A stretch of 64,000 bases of DNA from Candidatus Omnitrophota bacterium. Its GTDB lineage: Bacteria > Omnitrophota > Gorgyraeia > Tantalellales > Tantalellaceae. The stretch's first letter is position 1; the number at the start of each line of letters is the position of its first letter. Below, piece by piece: positions 1-10,088 of this stretch. The translations under genes and the position numbers were made by a program. The notes under the pieces were generated by a model. The model was not told where the DNA came from. It made no database searches and was given only the letters and a program-made list of their open reading frames with translations. The DNA lies in assembly GCA_049642065.1 (NCBI GenBank), contig JBAROK010000092.1, positions 17,613-81,612 of the forward strand. Reading direction: 5' to 3'.

Positions 1-821
1 GAGATAAAGAGTTCGTGCCAAACGACCTTGTGATGGACAATGAGAGCAACCGGATATTCATAATAACCGGTTCAAACATGGCGGGTAAATCCACGTATAT
101 AAGGCAGGTAGCGCTTATTGCAATTATGGCGCAGATGGGAAGTTTTGTGCCGGCAAAGGCCGCTGAAATAGGTGTTATAGACCGTATTTTTACGCGTGTA
201 GGCGCTTCGGACCGCTTGTACAAGGGCATGAGCACCTTTATGGTAGAAATGCTAGAGACAGCCAATATACTGAACAATGCGACTGAGAAGAGTCTGATAA
301 TCCTAGATGAAATAGGCAGAGGGACAAGCACATTCGATGGCGTTTCTATAGCCTGGGCGGTCGTGGAGTTTATACATCATCATCTTTCCGGCGCAAAAGC
401 CATGTTCGCTACGCATTATCATGAGCTTACGGAATTATCCGGAGTGATGGAAGGGGTAAAGAACTACCATCTTGCGGTACAGGAGTGGGGCGATGAGATA
501 GTTTTTCTTTATAAGGTAACAGAAGGCAGTTGTGACGAAAGTTTCGGTATACACGTTGCTAAACTGGCGGGCTTACCGCAAGTCGTAGTGGATAGGGCGA
601 GGGATATACTTGAAAACCTGCAGAAGGATTCTTTAAGGGGCAACATACGGTCGCGGTTTTCAGAAAAAGAGATTCCGGAAAAACAATTTAATTTCTTTGA
701 AGGCGGGTATGCTGATCATCCGGTCATGGAGGAGCTGAAAAGGCTGGATGTAGACCGCCTTACACCGCTGGAGGCACTTAAAAAACTCTCAGAAATGAAA
801 GAAGATGCGCAAAAAGACTAA
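1..821 (+). CDS. mutS: DNA mismatch repair protein MutS, C-terminal ATPase part (5'-truncated by window edge)
   Basis: Reading frame is open from the window start. Walker [17 protein letters not shown] and ABC-like D-loop [11 protein letters not shown] align with E. coli MutS IITGPNMGGKSTYMRQ... Confidence 0.9.
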   Translation, partial: DKEFVPNDLVMDNESNRIFIITGSNMAGKSTYIRQVALIAIMAQMGSFVPAKAAEIGVIDRIFTRVGASDRLYKGMSTFMVEMLETANILNNATEKSLIILDEIGRGTSTFDGVSIAWAVVEFIHHHLSGAKAMFATHYHELTELSGVMEGVKNYHLAVQEWGDEIVFLYKVTEGSCDESFGIHVAKLAGLPQVVVDRARDILENLQKDSLRGNIRSRFSEKEIPEKQFNFFEGGYADHPVMEELKRLDVDRLTPLEALKKLSEMKEDAQKD

Positions 822-840
822 TATAGTCAAAGGACGAGAC

Positions 841-2595
841 ATGGTTAGTAACAAGATAAATATTTTGACAGAAGAAGTTGTCGGGAAGATTTCCGCCGGT
901 GAGGTGGTAGAAAGACCGGCTTCTGTAGTAAAGGAGCTTGTGGAAAATTCGATTGATGCCGAATCTGACAGTATAGAGGTAGAGATACAATCTGCGGGCC
1001 AGACTCTTATACGGGTAGCCGATAACGGCGAAGGGATGAATGGCGAAGAGGCTAAAAGAGCATGTATGCGGTATGCTACGAGCAAAATAAAAGAGGCAGA
1101 TGATCTAGATGATATTAATTCACTAGGGTTCCGTGGTGAAGCTTTATCAAGTATCGCTGCTGTATCCCAGATGGACCTTACAAGTTGCGCTAAAGGGGAT
1201 GATTCCGGAGTTTATGTATATTTAGAAAGCGGGGAAGTCCTGAAATCAAGACCAGCAGGCCGTTCGAGAGGAACTACAGTGGAAGTAAGAAATCTTTTTT
1301 ACAATGTTCCAGCTCGCAGGAAATTCCTCAAAAAAGAATCTACAGAACTGGCGGAGATAGTCAATGTAGTCGGCAGATTCATAATTTCATATCCTGACAT
1401 AGAGTTTAAGCTTACGCAGGAAGACAGGTGTCTATTGCATGCGACTAGGGAGATGGGGCTTTCGGAAAGGATACGTCTTGTTCTTGGTGGTGATTTTGCG
1501 GATCATATGGTCGATCTCTCGGATGCTTCGAACGGTTTCGAAGTAAACGGTTATGTGAGCCGGCCTTCATGCACGAGACGCGATAAAAGAGCTCAGGTAT
1601 TCTTTGTCAACGGCAGGTTTGTAAGGAGTAAGATCCTAAGTGACGCTGTGTACGTAGCTTATAGGAGCATGCTGGAAAGAGGAAGATATCCTTCAGTTGT
1701 TCTTTTTCTGAGGGTAACGCCTCAAGAGGTGGATGTGAACGTGCATCCTACGAAACTGGAAGTAAAGTTCAGTAACGATAATGCGCTGAAAAATACTGTT
1801 ATAAGGAGCATAAAAGATAAGTTTGACGAGGCAAGATCAGCCGATTCGGATTTTATGGCTGCTCCTGTGGGAATTGAGAAAGCGGGTATAATACACGAGA
1901 ACCCTTTAATTATAGGGGATACAGAAGATCAGACTGAATTTGTTTATGCTTATCAGGAAAAAGAGGACAAAACCGATCTATCACAAAAAGATAAACCTGC
2001 TTGGACAGATAGGAGAGCGGTATTGGGTGAAGAAGAAGAGATTTTCCAGGTAGCTGATTGTTATATTGTTCAACTTAAGAAAGACGGTATCACGATAACT
2101 GACCAGCACGCGGCTCACGAAAGGATCCTTTACGAGTTTTTCTCTAAAACTTCCGAGGAGAGTCCTATTGAAGCGCAGAATCTGCTTTTCCCCGTAAGGA
2201 TCGATCTTTCAGCTGCAGAATCTGTTGTTATGGAGAAGGTCATGGAAGACTTTAGTGCGCTGGGGTTTCGGATAGAGCCGTTCGGGGAAAGATCCGTTGC
2301 GGTGCAGGCCGTGCCGGCGGTTCTTAAGGACAGGGACGTTAAGACGGTGGTATACGATGTGTTAAGCGATCTATCATCGCTTGACTTGGCGAAAGTGGAT
2401 CCTGTGGAAGAAATTGTTAAGCTGACATCCTGTCGTGCTGCTATCAAGGCGGGAGACCGGTTAACGCGCGAAGAGATGATATCGCTTTTTAGGCAGCTAA
2501 ATGAATGCGATCTGCCTTTCACGTGCCCACATGGAAGGCCTACCATGACAAAGATAATGGTGGACGATCTTGAGAAGATGTTTCGCAGAAAGTGA
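841..2595 (+). CDS. mutL: DNA mismatch repair protein MutL (alternative upstream ATG at 805 overlaps mutS stop)
   Basis: N-terminal GHKL ATPase signature ISAGEVVERPASVVKELVENSIDA. Size about 585 aa. Lies immediately after mutS. Confidence 0.9.
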   Translation: MVSNKINILTEEVVGKISAGEVVERPASVVKELVENSIDAESDSIEVEIQSAGQTLIRVADNGEGMNGEEAKRACMRYATSKIKEADDLDDINSLGFRGEALSSIAAVSQMDLTSCAKGDDSGVYVYLESGEVLKSRPAGRSRGTTVEVRNLFYNVPARRKFLKKESTELAEIVNVVGRFIISYPDIEFKLTQEDRCLLHATREMGLSERIRLVLGGDFADHMVDLSDASNGFEVNGYVSRPSCTRRDKRAQVFFVNGRFVRSKILSDAVYVAYRSMLERGRYPSVVLFLRVTPQEVDVNVHPTKLEVKFSNDNALKNTVIRSIKDKFDEARSADSDFMAAPVGIEKAGIIHENPLIIGDTEDQTEFVYAYQEKEDKTDLSQKDKPAWTDRRAVLGEEEEIFQVADCYIVQLKKDGITITDQHAAHERILYEFFSKTSEESPIEAQNLLFPVRIDLSAAESVVMEKVMEDFSALGFRIEPFGERSVAVQAVPAVLKDRDVKTVVYDVLSDLSSLDLAKVDPVEEIVKLTSCRAAIKAGDRLTREEMISLFRQLNECDLPFTCPHGRPTMTKIMVDDLEKMFRRK

Positions 2596-2607
2596 TCCTT
2601 TTCAAAA

Positions 2608-3246
2608 ATGGATAAGAAAAAAGCAAAAAAGATTTACGATATACTTAATAAAGAATATCCCGGAGTGACCACTGCTCTTACCCATAAGGATGCACTTGGA
2701 CTGCTTGTTGCTACGATATTGTCAGCGCAATGTACGGATGTACGGGTAAACATGGTCACTAAGGATCTTTTTAAGAAGTATAAGAAGGTGGCTAATTATG
2801 CGCAAGCTAAACAGTCTGTTTTAGAAAAAGAGATAAGGTCAACAGGGTTTTATAAGAACAAAACGAAGAACATAATTGCCGCAGCAAAAAAGATTGCTAA
2901 AGATTATGACGGAAAAGTCCCTAGAACGATGGAGGAGTTAACGGAGCTTCCTGGTGTGGCCCGGAAAACCGCTAATATAGTGCTTTTCCACGCATATGGA
3001 AAAAATGAGGGTATAGCGGTTGATACTCACGTGAAACGTCTTAGCGGAAGGATGGCTCTTACCCGTCATACGGATCCTGTAAAGATCGAAAAGGATCTTA
3101 TGGAACTGTTTGATAGGGGGAAATGGGGATATTTATCTAACCTTTTGATCGAACATGGCCGGAACGTTTGTAACGCCAGGAAGCCGTTGTGTCCGGAGTG
3201 CAAGCTTAACAATATATGTCCTTCAGCAAAGATATTTTACCCCTAA
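2608..3246 (+). CDS. nth: endonuclease III (HhH-GPD DNA glycosylase with FeS cluster)
   Basis: HhH-GPD motif LPGVARKTANIVL. C-terminal CX6CX2CX5C cluster CNARKPLCPECKLNNIC. Confidence 0.9.
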   Translation: MDKKKAKKIYDILNKEYPGVTTALTHKDALGLLVATILSAQCTDVRVNMVTKDLFKKYKKVANYAQAKQSVLEKEIRSTGFYKNKTKNIIAAAKKIAKDYDGKVPRTMEELTELPGVARKTANIVLFHAYGKNEGIAVDTHVKRLSGRMALTRHTDPVKIEKDLMELFDRGKWGYLSNLLIEHGRNVCNARKPLCPECKLNNICPSAKIFYP

Positions 3247-3263
3247 TAAAAGGCGCTAAAAGC

Positions 3264-4049
3264 ATGATCCGTATTTCAAGTAATGCCATCCGAAATTCAA
3301 GAGCCGTTCTGGCATTTATCCTGGTACCCTGTATAGCGTTTTCCGGATGCAGGCGAGAGTATGTTTCACCTAAAGGGTATCTTGTCAGGAACGTTATTGA
3401 CGGTGATACGGTGGAATTATCTAACGGCAGGCGTGTCCGATATATTGGCGTTGATACGCCGGAAACCATGAAAAAGGTTGCTGGTAGGTGGCTGCATAAT
3501 CCTGAACCTTTTGCTCTTGAAGCGAAAAAACTAAACAGGTCACTTGTTGGCGGGAGGCGGGTCAGTCTCGAGTTCGATTCTAAGAAAGAAGATAAATACG
3601 GACGCTGGCTGGCTTACGTGAAAGCTGATGGTAAAATGGTCAATACAGAACTTCTGCGGGACGGGTATGCGCTTCTTGTGGTGTATCCGCCGAATGATAA
3701 ACATCTTAAAGTTTTGGTAGAGGCGCAGAAAGAAGCAAAAGATGCAAGGCGGGGTCTCTGGAAAGATCTCAAGACCATCTCTGCTAGTGAAGCGAATGCT
3801 TATGTGGGACGGGTTGTTACCATCAAAGGGACAGTGGAAAGTGTTGTAAGTTCCGGTAATACCGTTTTCCTGAATTTTATTGAAAGAGGCGTATCAGTAA
3901 TAATATACGGTTCTAATCTGCAGTTTTTTGCCAACCCAGAGAGGAGTTATAAAGACAAGATCCTGGAAATAACCGGTAAAATAAAGGATAGGAACGGTCC
4001 CAGTCTTGTTGTTTACCACCCCACACAAGTTCGTATCGTCGGTGAATAG
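3264..4049 (+). CDS. thermonuclease (SNase-like) family lipoprotein with extra C-terminal domain
   Basis: Signal peptide ending in the lipobox-like IAFSGC. SNase core DGDTVEL...VRYIGVDTPE...RWLAY. The ATG at 3264 is preferred over 3216, which overlaps nth. Confidence 0.75.
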   Translation: MIRISSNAIRNSRAVLAFILVPCIAFSGCRREYVSPKGYLVRNVIDGDTVELSNGRRVRYIGVDTPETMKKVAGRWLHNPEPFALEAKKLNRSLVGGRRVSLEFDSKKEDKYGRWLAYVKADGKMVNTELLRDGYALLVVYPPNDKHLKVLVEAQKEAKDARRGLWKDLKTISASEANAYVGRVVTIKGTVESVVSSGNTVFLNFIERGVSVIIYGSNLQFFANPERSYKDKILEITGKIKDRNGPSLVVYHPTQVRIVGE

Positions 4050-4178
4050 GTTCCTGCAGCTGTTTTTTACCCGTTTTATGGAGATTTTTACCCCTTGTAA
4101 TATTCACGATATTATGATATTTTAACTTATTCATTGCAATATGTAATTACTTAATTTTAATATTATGGTGGGGGAAGA

Positions 4179-5345
4179 ATGATCCTTTCTGAAAAGATTA
4201 AGGCTATACAGCCTTCGGCGACTTTATCTATAACATCAAAAGCCAAGGCCATGAAAGCGGCTGGTGAGGATGTTATTATCCTTGCGGCCGGTGAACCGGA
4301 TTTTGATACGCCGGATGTGATAAAAGAGGCTGCTGTTGCGGCGCTTAAGCAGGGGCAGACCAAATATACACCAGCCAGCGGGACGAAGTCCCTGAAAGAA
4401 GCTATATGCAGCAAGTTAAGCAAAGATAACGGCTTATCATATGATATCGGTCAGATAGTGGTATCGAACGGTGCAAAACATTCGTTATATAATGCTCTTC
4501 AGGTGCTCTGCAATCCGGGTGATGAGGTTCTTGTCGTGAGCCCTTACTGGGTGAGTTATCCCGAGATGGTAAAACTTGCCGGTGCGATTCCGGTAGAGAT
4601 AATTACAAAAAAGGAAAACGGGTTCAAACTCACTGCCGAGGAAGTAAAAGGGGCTTTAACGAAGAAGACCCGGGCTTTGATCGTGAACAGTCCTTCGAAT
4701 CCTGCCGGCGTAGTCTACGATAAAGATGAACTTAAAGAAATAGCCGATATATGTGTGGCTAACGATGTGGTTATCATAAGCGATGAGATATACGAGAAAA
4801 TAATCTTTGATGGAAAAGAACACGTTTCTGTGGCGTCCCTTTCGGACGAAATAAAATCTTCCACAATTTTAGTCAACGGAGTTTCCAAAAGTTATTCAAT
4901 GACGGGTTGGAGAGTGGGGTACATGGCGGCGCCTAAAGAGATAGCAGATATGGTATCCACTTTTCAGAGCCACGCTACTAGTAATCCGTGTTCCATAAGC
5001 CAGGCTGCCGCAGAATGCGCGCTTACGACGGATCTTGATGAGGAGATTGAGAAGAATAGAAAGATGTTCCAGGACAGAAGAGATAACCTTATCAAAAATC
5101 TGTCGGAGAACGCAAAGCTGAAACCTTTCAAACCGGAAGGCGCGTTCTATCTTTTCTGCGACGTATCCGCGTGCGGACTGGATTCGCTAACCTTTGCGAA
5201 GAGGCTTCTTGAAGAGAAAAAGGTTGCGGTTATACACGGTGGCCCTTTTGGGGAAGACGGATTTATTCGCATAAGTTTTGCTACGGACATGGATACTATA
5301 AATAAGGGTGCTGATAGGATCAAGGAGTGGGTGGACAGTTTGTGA
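4179..5345 (+). CDS. class I/II pyridoxal-phosphate aminotransferase (aspartate aminotransferase-like)
   Basis: 388 aa. PLP-lysine region SKSYSMTGWRVGY. N-terminal AAGEPDFDTP typical of AspC-type enzymes. Confidence 0.85.
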   Translation: MILSEKIKAIQPSATLSITSKAKAMKAAGEDVIILAAGEPDFDTPDVIKEAAVAALKQGQTKYTPASGTKSLKEAICSKLSKDNGLSYDIGQIVVSNGAKHSLYNALQVLCNPGDEVLVVSPYWVSYPEMVKLAGAIPVEIITKKENGFKLTAEEVKGALTKKTRALIVNSPSNPAGVVYDKDELKEIADICVANDVVIISDEIYEKIIFDGKEHVSVASLSDEIKSSTILVNGVSKSYSMTGWRVGYMAAPKEIADMVSTFQSHATSNPCSISQAAAECALTTDLDEEIEKNRKMFQDRRDNLIKNLSENAKLKPFKPEGAFYLFCDVSACGLDSLTFAKRLLEEKKVAVIHGGPFGEDGFIRISFATDMDTINKGADRIKEWVDSL

Positions 5346-5384
5346 TCGCAATTTGAAAACATAAGGATTATAGGTGGTACGAAT

Positions 5385-6647
5385 ATGAGACAGACAATAG
5401 CAGAAAAGATATTATCCGATCATTCAGGGAAGAGGGCTAGAGCGGGAGATATTGTTATAGCCAACGTGGATTTTTGTTTCGGACAGGACGGAACAAGTGG
5501 GATGATAATCGACAGTTTCCGCAAACTGGGTGTAGAGAGCGTTTTTGATAAAGAACGGTATTGCATGGTCATAGACCATTCCGCCCCCAGTCCTAACATC
5601 GGGGTTTCTGCTATTCATGACAAAATACGCGGGTTCAGCAAGGAACACGGTGTTAAGGTTTTTGATATAGGTTGCGGGGTTTGCCACCAGCTGGTTCCCG
5701 AGGCTGGGTACGTTACTTGCGGAGATCTTGTGCTTGGAGCCGATTCGCATACGTGTACTTACGGCGCGCTGAATGTTCTTTCTACGGGCGTAGGGTCGAC
5801 TGATCTAGCGATAGCACTGGCAAGCGGTAAGAACTGGTTCAAGGTGCCTGAAACGATAAAGTTTGTCCTGGATGGGGATCTTCCTAAGGGAGTGTATTCA
5901 AAAGACGTTATTTTGTATCTTATCGGCCAAGTTGGGGCTGATGGCGCCACGTATAAAGCAGTCGAGTTTTACGGAGATGTTATTAATGGGTTCAGTGTTG
6001 ACGCGCGTCTGACCATATCCAACATGGCAGTTGAAATGGGTGCTAAATGCGGGCTTATGAAGGCGGACAGAAAAACCATGGATTGGGCGAAAAAACATTC
6101 CATAAGGGAGCCTAATCCGGTCGAAGCGGACGATGACGCCAGGTATTCTGAGACGTTAGAGTACGATCTCTCAGAGTTGACGCCTCAGGTAGCAAAACCG
6201 CATACCGTAGATAACGTTTGTGATGTTGACGAGGTTCTGGGTACGCCTGTTGATGAAGTAAATATCGGTACTTGTACGAACGGCAGGCTGGAGGATCTTG
6301 AGATAGTAGCAAAGATACTTAAGGGCAGGAAGGTAGCGCACGGGGTCAAGGTGCTTATCACTCCAGCGTCTCGAAAGATATACCTGGACGCCTTAAAGAA
6401 AGGGTACGTGGAGATTTTCGTTAACGCCGGCGCGGCAGTTAACAATCCCGGTTGCGGTGTATGCGTTGGCACACATCAGGGAGTGCTTGCCGACGGAGAA
6501 AGGGCTTTTTCTACCGCTAACCGCAATTTCAAGGGTAGGATGGGCAACCCGAACGCCGAGATATACCTGGGTAGCCCCGCGACTGCGGCAGCTACGGCAC
6601 TGGAAGGGAAAATAGCGGACCCAAGGGAACATAAGAGGCGATTATAA
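5385..6647 (+). CDS. leuC: aconitase-family dehydratase large subunit (3-isopropylmalate / homoaconitate dehydratase LeuC-type, short 420-aa form)
   Basis: Aconitase catalytic-domain signatures (GVCHQ, CTNGR, NPGCGVCVG Fe-S ligand Cys). Followed 17 nt downstream by the small subunit. Confidence 0.8.
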   Translation: MRQTIAEKILSDHSGKRARAGDIVIANVDFCFGQDGTSGMIIDSFRKLGVESVFDKERYCMVIDHSAPSPNIGVSAIHDKIRGFSKEHGVKVFDIGCGVCHQLVPEAGYVTCGDLVLGADSHTCTYGALNVLSTGVGSTDLAIALASGKNWFKVPETIKFVLDGDLPKGVYSKDVILYLIGQVGADGATYKAVEFYGDVINGFSVDARLTISNMAVEMGAKCGLMKADRKTMDWAKKHSIREPNPVEADDDARYSETLEYDLSELTPQVAKPHTVDNVCDVDEVLGTPVDEVNIGTCTNGRLEDLEIVAKILKGRKVAHGVKVLITPASRKIYLDALKKGYVEIFVNAGAAVNNPGCGVCVGTHQGVLADGERAFSTANRNFKGRMGNPNAEIYLGSPATAAATALEGKIADPREHKRRL

Positions 6648-6664
6648 TTCACAGGGAGGATAAA

Positions 6665-7165
6665 GTGGCATACGCGCATAGGCTTAAAATTCAGAACGAT
6701 ATAAACACGGACTATATAATCTCCGGCAGATATAAGTTCAAGATCCAAGACGAAAAAGAGCTCGCCAAATATATTTTCGCGGATGTTGAAGATGAGTTTC
6801 ATAAGCGGGTAAAATCCGGAGATTTCTTGGTAGCGGGAGAGAATTTTGGATGCGGATCGTCTAGGGAACAAGCTCCGGTGGCTTTGAAAGCGAGCGGGTT
6901 GCGTGCAGTGATCGCTAAAAGTTTTGCGAGGATTTTCTATCGCAATGCGTTTAACGTGGGACTTTGTCTTGTAGAATGTGAGACGAATTATATAGATGAT
7001 ATGGACGAACTTGAGCTTGACCTGGATAGGAACATGTTAAAGAACGTCTCTAAAGGCGTTAATATCGAGATAAAACCCATACCGAAGGTAATGCGTAAAC
7101 TGCTTGAGATGGGCGGGGTAGTCGAATATTTCAGGCAGCACGGTGATTTTGACGAAATGATCTGA
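6665..7165 (+). CDS. leuD: aconitase-family dehydratase small subunit (LeuD-type)
   Basis: 166 aa. [17 protein letters not shown] swivel-domain motif. Confidence 0.8.
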   Translation: MAYAHRLKIQNDINTDYIISGRYKFKIQDEKELAKYIFADVEDEFHKRVKSGDFLVAGENFGCGSSREQAPVALKASGLRAVIAKSFARIFYRNAFNVGLCLVECETNYIDDMDELELDLDRNMLKNVSKGVNIEIKPIPKVMRKLLEMGGVVEYFRQHGDFDEMI

Positions 7166-7173
7166 TAACTCTT

Positions 7174-7818
7174 ATGGATATAGTTGATCTGGGGATAGTC
7201 GGGTACGAAGAAGCCTTAAGTGTGCAGCAGGATCTTTTACGTAAGAGGATCGCTGGCAGTGTGCCGGATACTCTGGTGATGCTAGAACATAAGCCGGTAG
7301 TTACGCTTGGCCGTATCGATGACGGTAGAGGTATAATCGACCGCTCTTTTTTTGAGGATAATAATATTCCTGTGATTTCTACGGGTAGAGGCGGCCAGAT
7401 AACCTGCCATATGCCCGGACAGCTGGTCATATATCCGATTGTCGATCTTGCTGAAAAGAAAAAAGATGTTTCTTTCTATATTGATCTACTAGAGGCGGCG
7501 GCTTCAGCGGCTTTGGAACAGCTTGGTGTTTCCACGCTTTGCAATGAAGAAAGGCGAGGAGTATGGGCCGGAGGCCGTAAGATCGCCTTTATCGGCATAG
7601 CGGTAAAACGGTGGGTTACTTATCACGGCATAGCGATCAATATAAATAACGATCTGGAAAGTTTTATGCATATGCACCCCTGCGGGGAGAGTGATATACG
7701 CGTGACTAGCGCCAGAGAACAGCTGGGGCGAGGTCTTGAGATGGCAGAAGTAAAAAGAGTGTTCGCAGATAGGTTAGAAAATAGTCTAACGAGCGAATAC
7801 GCAATGCAGTCAGTATAA
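7174..7818 (+). CDS. lipB: lipoyl(octanoyl) transferase LipB
   Basis: LEHKPVVTLGR...GRGGQITCHMPGQLVIYP core. 214 aa. Confidence 0.85.
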   Translation: MDIVDLGIVGYEEALSVQQDLLRKRIAGSVPDTLVMLEHKPVVTLGRIDDGRGIIDRSFFEDNNIPVISTGRGGQITCHMPGQLVIYPIVDLAEKKKDVSFYIDLLEAAASAALEQLGVSTLCNEERRGVWAGGRKIAFIGIAVKRWVTYHGIAININNDLESFMHMHPCGESDIRVTSAREQLGRGLEMAEVKRVFADRLENSLTSEYAMQSV

Positions 7819-8054
7819 TGGAATTAAAGCTTACAGGGATATCCCAGGATGCTAAGGAAGCGACCATTACGCTTTGGCACAAAAGTGAAAGCGAAAGAGT
7901 GGTCAAAGGTCGGGATCTTGTTGAAATAGTTACAGATAAGGCAACGTTTGATGTCCCCGCACCGTGCGATGGGATATTAACAAAAATCAAGAAAGAACCT
8001 GGCGAAACGGTCACGACCGACGAGGTCATCGCTGTAATACTCGAGGATGAGTAG
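7818..8054 (+). CDS. stand-alone lipoyl/biotinyl-attachment domain protein (78 aa)
   Basis: Single hybrid-barrel domain with acceptor-lysine motif EIVTDKATFDVPAPCDGIL. Its start ATG overlaps the lipB stop (TAATG). Confidence 0.65.
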   Translation: MELKLTGISQDAKEATITLWHKSESERVVKGRDLVEIVTDKATFDVPAPCDGILTKIKKEPGETVTTDEVIAVILEDE

Positions 8055-8096
8055 CGTGCCCAAGTTACGCCGACAACAGGTCAATGCAGATCTGAT

Positions 8097-9212
8097 ATGA
8101 AGAAAAAGATCCTAATCTTTTACATATCGGAATTTTCCGGTCATTTTCACGCTGCTAGCGCGATAGAAAAAGCGTTGCTGCAGCTGCAAAAAGATCTTGA
8201 TATCGATAAGATAAACGCTCTTGATTATACTAATCCTATACTCGGCAAGATCATCAACAAAGCTTATCTGGAAGTTATCAAGAAAAAACCCGAACTTTGG
8301 GGCAATATTTACGACCACCCAAAAGTCGTTAAAAAGACCAAGAAAGCCAGAGAAGCCCTCCATAAACATAACATGTCCAAGATAAAACGGCTTATCGAAA
8401 AACATTCGCCATATGCGATTTTTTGCACACAGGCGATGCCGTGTGGAATGGTAGCCGATTATAAACGTTCAGGCGGGAAGGATGTAAAATTGATTGGGGT
8501 ATTAACAGACCATGCGCCGCATTCTTTTTGGATATTTGACGAAGTGGATTTCTATGCAGTGCCTTCAGAAGAGACCGGCAAGGTTCTTGAACAAAAAGGC
8601 ATTCCGCCATCGAAGATAAAGGTTTCCGGTATCCCTGTGGATCCTAAGTTTCGCAAGAGCCATGACGTGGAAAAAATAAATAAAGAATACGGGTTAAATA
8701 AGGATGATCCTACGATATTGATAATGGGAGGCACTCAAGGGTTGGGTGAGGTGGAACTTATCGTCAAGGCACTTTTGAAAGACAAAGAACATAACTATCA
8801 GCTTTTGATAGTTGCCGGTTCTAACAAGAAACTCTTTACGCGCCTTAAAAAGCTTGGCCGGAAAAAAGGCGGAGAAAACATGCGCGTTCTTTCATTTGTG
8901 GAGAACATTGACGAGCTTATGGAGATCTCCGATATAGTAGTGGGTAAAGCCGGGGGTATGACCACAGCTGAAGCTGCAGTGAAAGAGACCCCTATGATTA
9001 TCGTAAGTCCAATACCGGGACACGAACGCAGGAACACCGATTATATGATCGAAAAGGGCGTGGCAGTAGAGGTAGAGGATTTCGTCGAGGTGCCCAGAAA
9101 GATAAACGAACTGTTTGATTCAGAGGGCATGCTGGAGGGTATGAGAAAAAACGCGCGAAAAATTTCCAAACCCAAAAGCGCCTTGGATATCGCAAAACTG
9201 GTGCTAGATTAA
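8097..9212 (+). CDS. MGDG-synthase-like / GT28-family diacylglycerol glycosyltransferase
   Basis: N-terminal ILIFYISEFSGHFHAASAIEKAL resembles MGDG_synth/UgtP N-domains. C-terminal GT-B half with GGTQGLG. Confidence 0.65.
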   Translation: MKKKILIFYISEFSGHFHAASAIEKALLQLQKDLDIDKINALDYTNPILGKIINKAYLEVIKKKPELWGNIYDHPKVVKKTKKAREALHKHNMSKIKRLIEKHSPYAIFCTQAMPCGMVADYKRSGGKDVKLIGVLTDHAPHSFWIFDEVDFYAVPSEETGKVLEQKGIPPSKIKVSGIPVDPKFRKSHDVEKINKEYGLNKDDPTILIMGGTQGLGEVELIVKALLKDKEHNYQLLIVAGSNKKLFTRLKKLGRKKGGENMRVLSFVENIDELMEISDIVVGKAGGMTTAEAAVKETPMIIVSPIPGHERRNTDYMIEKGVAVEVEDFVEVPRKINELFDSEGMLEGMRKNARKISKPKSALDIAKLVLD

Positions 9213-9215
9213 AAA

Positions 9216-10088
9216 ATGTTGTACTCGTTATATATTCTAGGATTTTCGCTTGCGAATTTGTTGCCTCTCGGGGTAGGGTATGCGGTTGCCGTCTTTATCG
9301 CAAGAGGATACTGGTTCTTCGCCAGACGCGACCAGGCGGAGCTGAAAGAGAACCTCCGGGTCGTTCTTGGAGACGACGTGAGCGAGAAAGTGCTCGACAA
9401 GCATGTTAGGGCTATTTTCAAGAATTTTGCAAAATATCTTGTTGATTTTTTCAAGTTCACCCAGTTTACCGAAGAATACGTGGCGGAACATTTTAAGATA
9501 GAAGGACGCGAAAATCTGGACAGGGCGCTTGACGAAGGTAAGGGTGCGGTGCTGACTTCGCTACATTTGGGCAACTGGGAACTTGGAGGGGCGGTTGTTG
9601 GGGGCCTCAAATACCCCATAAGCGCTATAGTTCTTGAACACAAGAACAAACGTATAAATGATTTTTTTACGCGGCAGAGATCTATCAACGAGATGAAGTC
9701 CATCCCGATAGGTCTAAGTATAAAAGAATGCTTCAAGGCTTTAAAACGTAACGAATTTTTAGCTATAGCAGGCGATAAAGATTATACTTCCAATGGGATA
9801 TATGTGGATTTTTTTAACAGGAAAGCACTGATACCTAAAGGGCCGGCCGCGTTTTCGCTGAAAACGGGAGCCCCGATCATTATCACTATGCTCGTACGTG
9901 AGAAGGACGATTCTTTTAAGTTGATAATGGAAGAACCGATAAGATACAAGTCTACGGGGGATTATGAAAAAGATATAATAATCCTCATGGAACTGTATCT
10001 TAAAAGGTGCGAGAAATATATACGTAAATATCCGGACCAATGGTATGTTTTTAGGAGGATATGGGAGCCACAAACGATAACACGATAG
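9216..10088 (+). CDS. lipid A biosynthesis-type (LpxL/HtrB family) lysophospholipid acyltransferase
   Basis: HLGNWE acyltransferase motif. About 290 aa with an N-terminal TM segment. Follows the GT gene after 3 nt. Confidence 0.7.
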   Translation: MLYSLYILGFSLANLLPLGVGYAVAVFIARGYWFFARRDQAELKENLRVVLGDDVSEKVLDKHVRAIFKNFAKYLVDFFKFTQFTEEYVAEHFKIEGRENLDRALDEGKGAVLTSLHLGNWELGGAVVGGLKYPISAIVLEHKNKRINDFFTRQRSINEMKSIPIGLSIKECFKALKRNEFLAIAGDKDYTSNGIYVDFFNRKALIPKGPAAFSLKTGAPIIITMLVREKDDSFKLIMEEPIRYKSTGDYEKDIIILMELYLKRCEKYIRKYPDQWYVFRRIWEPQTITR

